Assembly (NCBI GenBank): GCA_045661325.1
Contig: JAZRFK010000039.1
Span: 4,563-68,562 of the forward strand
DNA: 64,000 nt
Direction of reading: 5' to 3'
From: Eubacteriales bacterium
GTDB lineage: Bacteria > Bacillota > Clostridia > Oscillospirales > CAG-272
The translations under genes were made by a program, and so were the position numbers. Positions 62,679 to 64,000 of the stretch are shown piece by piece (the stretch's first letter is position 1; the number at the start of each line of letters is the position of its first letter). The notes under the pieces are model-generated. The model ran no database searches. It had not been told where the DNA came from and saw nothing but the letters and a program-made list of their open reading frames with translations.

Positions 62679-63836
62679 TTATGCAAGAGATGCGAGCGTT
62701 TCCATCACGTAATCGGCGAAGGCGGCGGTGGTTGCACCGTCTCTGTTGCCCGTAACGACAACGCGCTTCTCCTCGTCAACACAAATCTGCATTGCTCTTG
62801 CCAAAACGTCGGCCTCCTTGGCCTTGGCGATATGGCGCAAAAGCATTTCGACTGCCTTGATAATGGAGGAGGGATTGGCGTACTCACCGATGCCCTCTTC
62901 TATCATACGGGGGGCAGATCCGTGAACCGCCTCAAACATCGCGTAGGCATCGCCTACGTTGGCGCTTCCTGCCGTGCCAACGCCGCCTTGAATCTGGGCG
63001 GCCTCGTCGGTGATGATGTCACCGTAGAGATTGGGCAGAACGAAGACCTCAAAGCGAGAGCGAATCGCGGGGTTTACGAGGTTTGCGGCCATAATGTCGA
63101 TGTACCAATCCTCAGCGGTGATGTCAGGATATTCTGCGGCAATTTCGTGACAAATGGCGGTAAAATTGCCGTCCGTCTTTTTCATAATGTTGGCCTTGGT
63201 GACGATAGCCACGTTCTTTTTGCCGTTGTTCTTGGCGTACTCAAAGGCGGCGCGCGCGATACGGCGCGTGCCGAGGTCGGTGGTTACCTTAAAGTCCATT
63301 GCCAGCTTTTCGGGAATTTCGATGCCGCGGCTACCGAGAACGTACTCACCCTCGGTATTCTCGCGGTAGAAAATCCAGTCAATGCCCTCCTCTGCCACAA
63401 CGACAGGGCGCACGTTGGCGTACAGGTCAAGCGCGCGGCGCAAAGCGACGTTGGCGCTTTCCATCGTGCCACCCTTGGGGGTGGTGGTGGGACCCTTCAA
63501 CAGAACGTCACAGGTTTTGATGGCCGCCAACACATCCGAGGGAACGGGCTCACCCTTCTCCAAGCGGTTCTCGATGGTGAGTCCCTCAATTTCCACAAGC
63601 TCGATGCGACCCTTTTCGATTTCGTCCTTTAACAAGAAGGCGAGAATTCTTTTTGCTTCCTTCACGATAATGGGGCCGATACCGTCGCCACCGCAGATAC
63701 CGATACGGATATGCTCCATATCCGCAAAGCTCTTGGCGGGGGCGGCCTTTTTCATTTGCTCCGTTCTATCTAATTGCTCGGTCAGCAGGGCGCGAAAGGA
63801 GGCCACTGCCGCTTCTATTTGCTCTTGTAATGCCAC
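62679..63836 (-). CDS. icd: Isocitrate/isopropylmalate dehydrogenase family protein (probable NAD-dependent isocitrate dehydrogenase)
   Basis: ICGGDGIGP, NLYGDIITDEAAQ, VHGSAP motifs; start uncertain (GTG 63836 after GAAGGA, or ATG 63755). Confidence 0.75.
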   Translation of the reverse strand: MALQEQIEAAVASFRALLTEQLDRTEQMKKAAPAKSFADMEHIRIGICGGDGIGPIIVKEAKRILAFLLKDEIEKGRIELVEIEGLTIENRLEKGEPVPSDVLAAIKTCDVLLKGPTTTPKGGTMESANVALRRALDLYANVRPVVVAEEGIDWIFYRENTEGEYVLGSRGIEIPEKLAMDFKVTTDLGTRRIARAAFEYAKNNGKKNVAIVTKANIMKKTDGNFTAICHEIAAEYPDITAEDWYIDIMAANLVNPAIRSRFEVFVLPNLYGDIITDEAAQIQGGVGTAGSANVGDAYAMFEAVHGSAPRMIEEGIGEYANPSSIIKAVEMLLRHIAKAKEADVLARAMQICVDEEKRVVVTGNRDGATTAAFADYVMETLASLA

Positions 63837-63894
63837 TTTTTTATCCTTCTTTCTTATATACGGTGCGTTTTCTTTTAAAAGAAATGCGCGTTCT

Positions 63895-64000
63895 TTATCC
63901 TTCCTTGCCCGTGTAGGCCAAGAGGCCGCCTGCCTTGAGCATTGCCTTCTGGCGCTCGGTAAAGGCACAGGTCAAGGGGATTTGCTTGCCGCTCGTTTCA
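63895..64000 (-). CDS. C-terminal tail of an aconitase-family protein (rest outside window)
   Basis: Hand translation ...ETSGKQIPLTCAFTERQKAMLKAGGLLAYTGKEG then TAA at 63897-63895; the tail resembles aconitate hydratase swivel-domain ends; adjacent to icd. Confidence 0.45.
   Translation of the reverse strand, partial: ETSGKQIPLTCAFTERQKAMLKAGGLLAYTGKEG

Noticed and set aside
1-64000. Prophage, transposon, integrase, restriction-modification, toxin-antitoxin or known defence-system genes
   Set aside because: No recombinase, capsid/terminase, methyltransferase/nuclease pair or classical toxin-antitoxin pair was recognisable. The only mobile-looking pieces are the RHH/SLOG cassette and the AT-rich islet reported above.

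Overview
This looks like a chromosomal segment of a moderately GC-rich Gram-positive anaerobe with Clostridia-like gene content. I support about 57 protein genes and 2 tRNAs. I saw no rRNA, CRISPR, transposase or integrase. All calls come from reading motifs by eye; no searches were run.

Housekeeping blocks: [FeFe]-hydrogenase tail; tilS-hpt-ftsH; gdpP-rplI-dnaB; recG-rarA-comEC; aspS plus an amino-acid permease; ispE; rpmG-secE-nusG-rplK-rplA; icd and an aconitase tail.

Main candidate system (16.9-26.6 kb, minus strand): two tandem T-box leaders, with specifiers read by hand as GUA/Val and AUC/Ile. Each precedes a paralogous HTH(XRE)-cupin-acyl-CoA-synthetase fusion. Downstream are a P-loop ATPase, a four-subunit 2-oxoacid:ferredoxin oxidoreductase, and ilvE, which carries one in-frame TAG. 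I read this as a tRNA-sensed salvage operon that converts branched-chain fatty acids to Val/Ile by reductive carboxylation.

An apparent aromatic counterpart lies at 43.3-51.2 kb: acyl-CoA ligase, iorAB, a membrane protein, paaK, an ACT protein and an aminotransferase.

Other notable points:
- An AT-rich islet next to divergent tRNA-Ala/tRNA-Glu genes, with a second copy of the tRNA-Glu 3' end.
- An RHH + SLOG (DUF2493-like) two-gene cassette bracketed by ~90-bp direct repeats, directly after rplA where rplJL is normally found.
- A structured leader in front of an ECF S-component/kinase pair.
- None of the 57 stop codons in the window is TAG.
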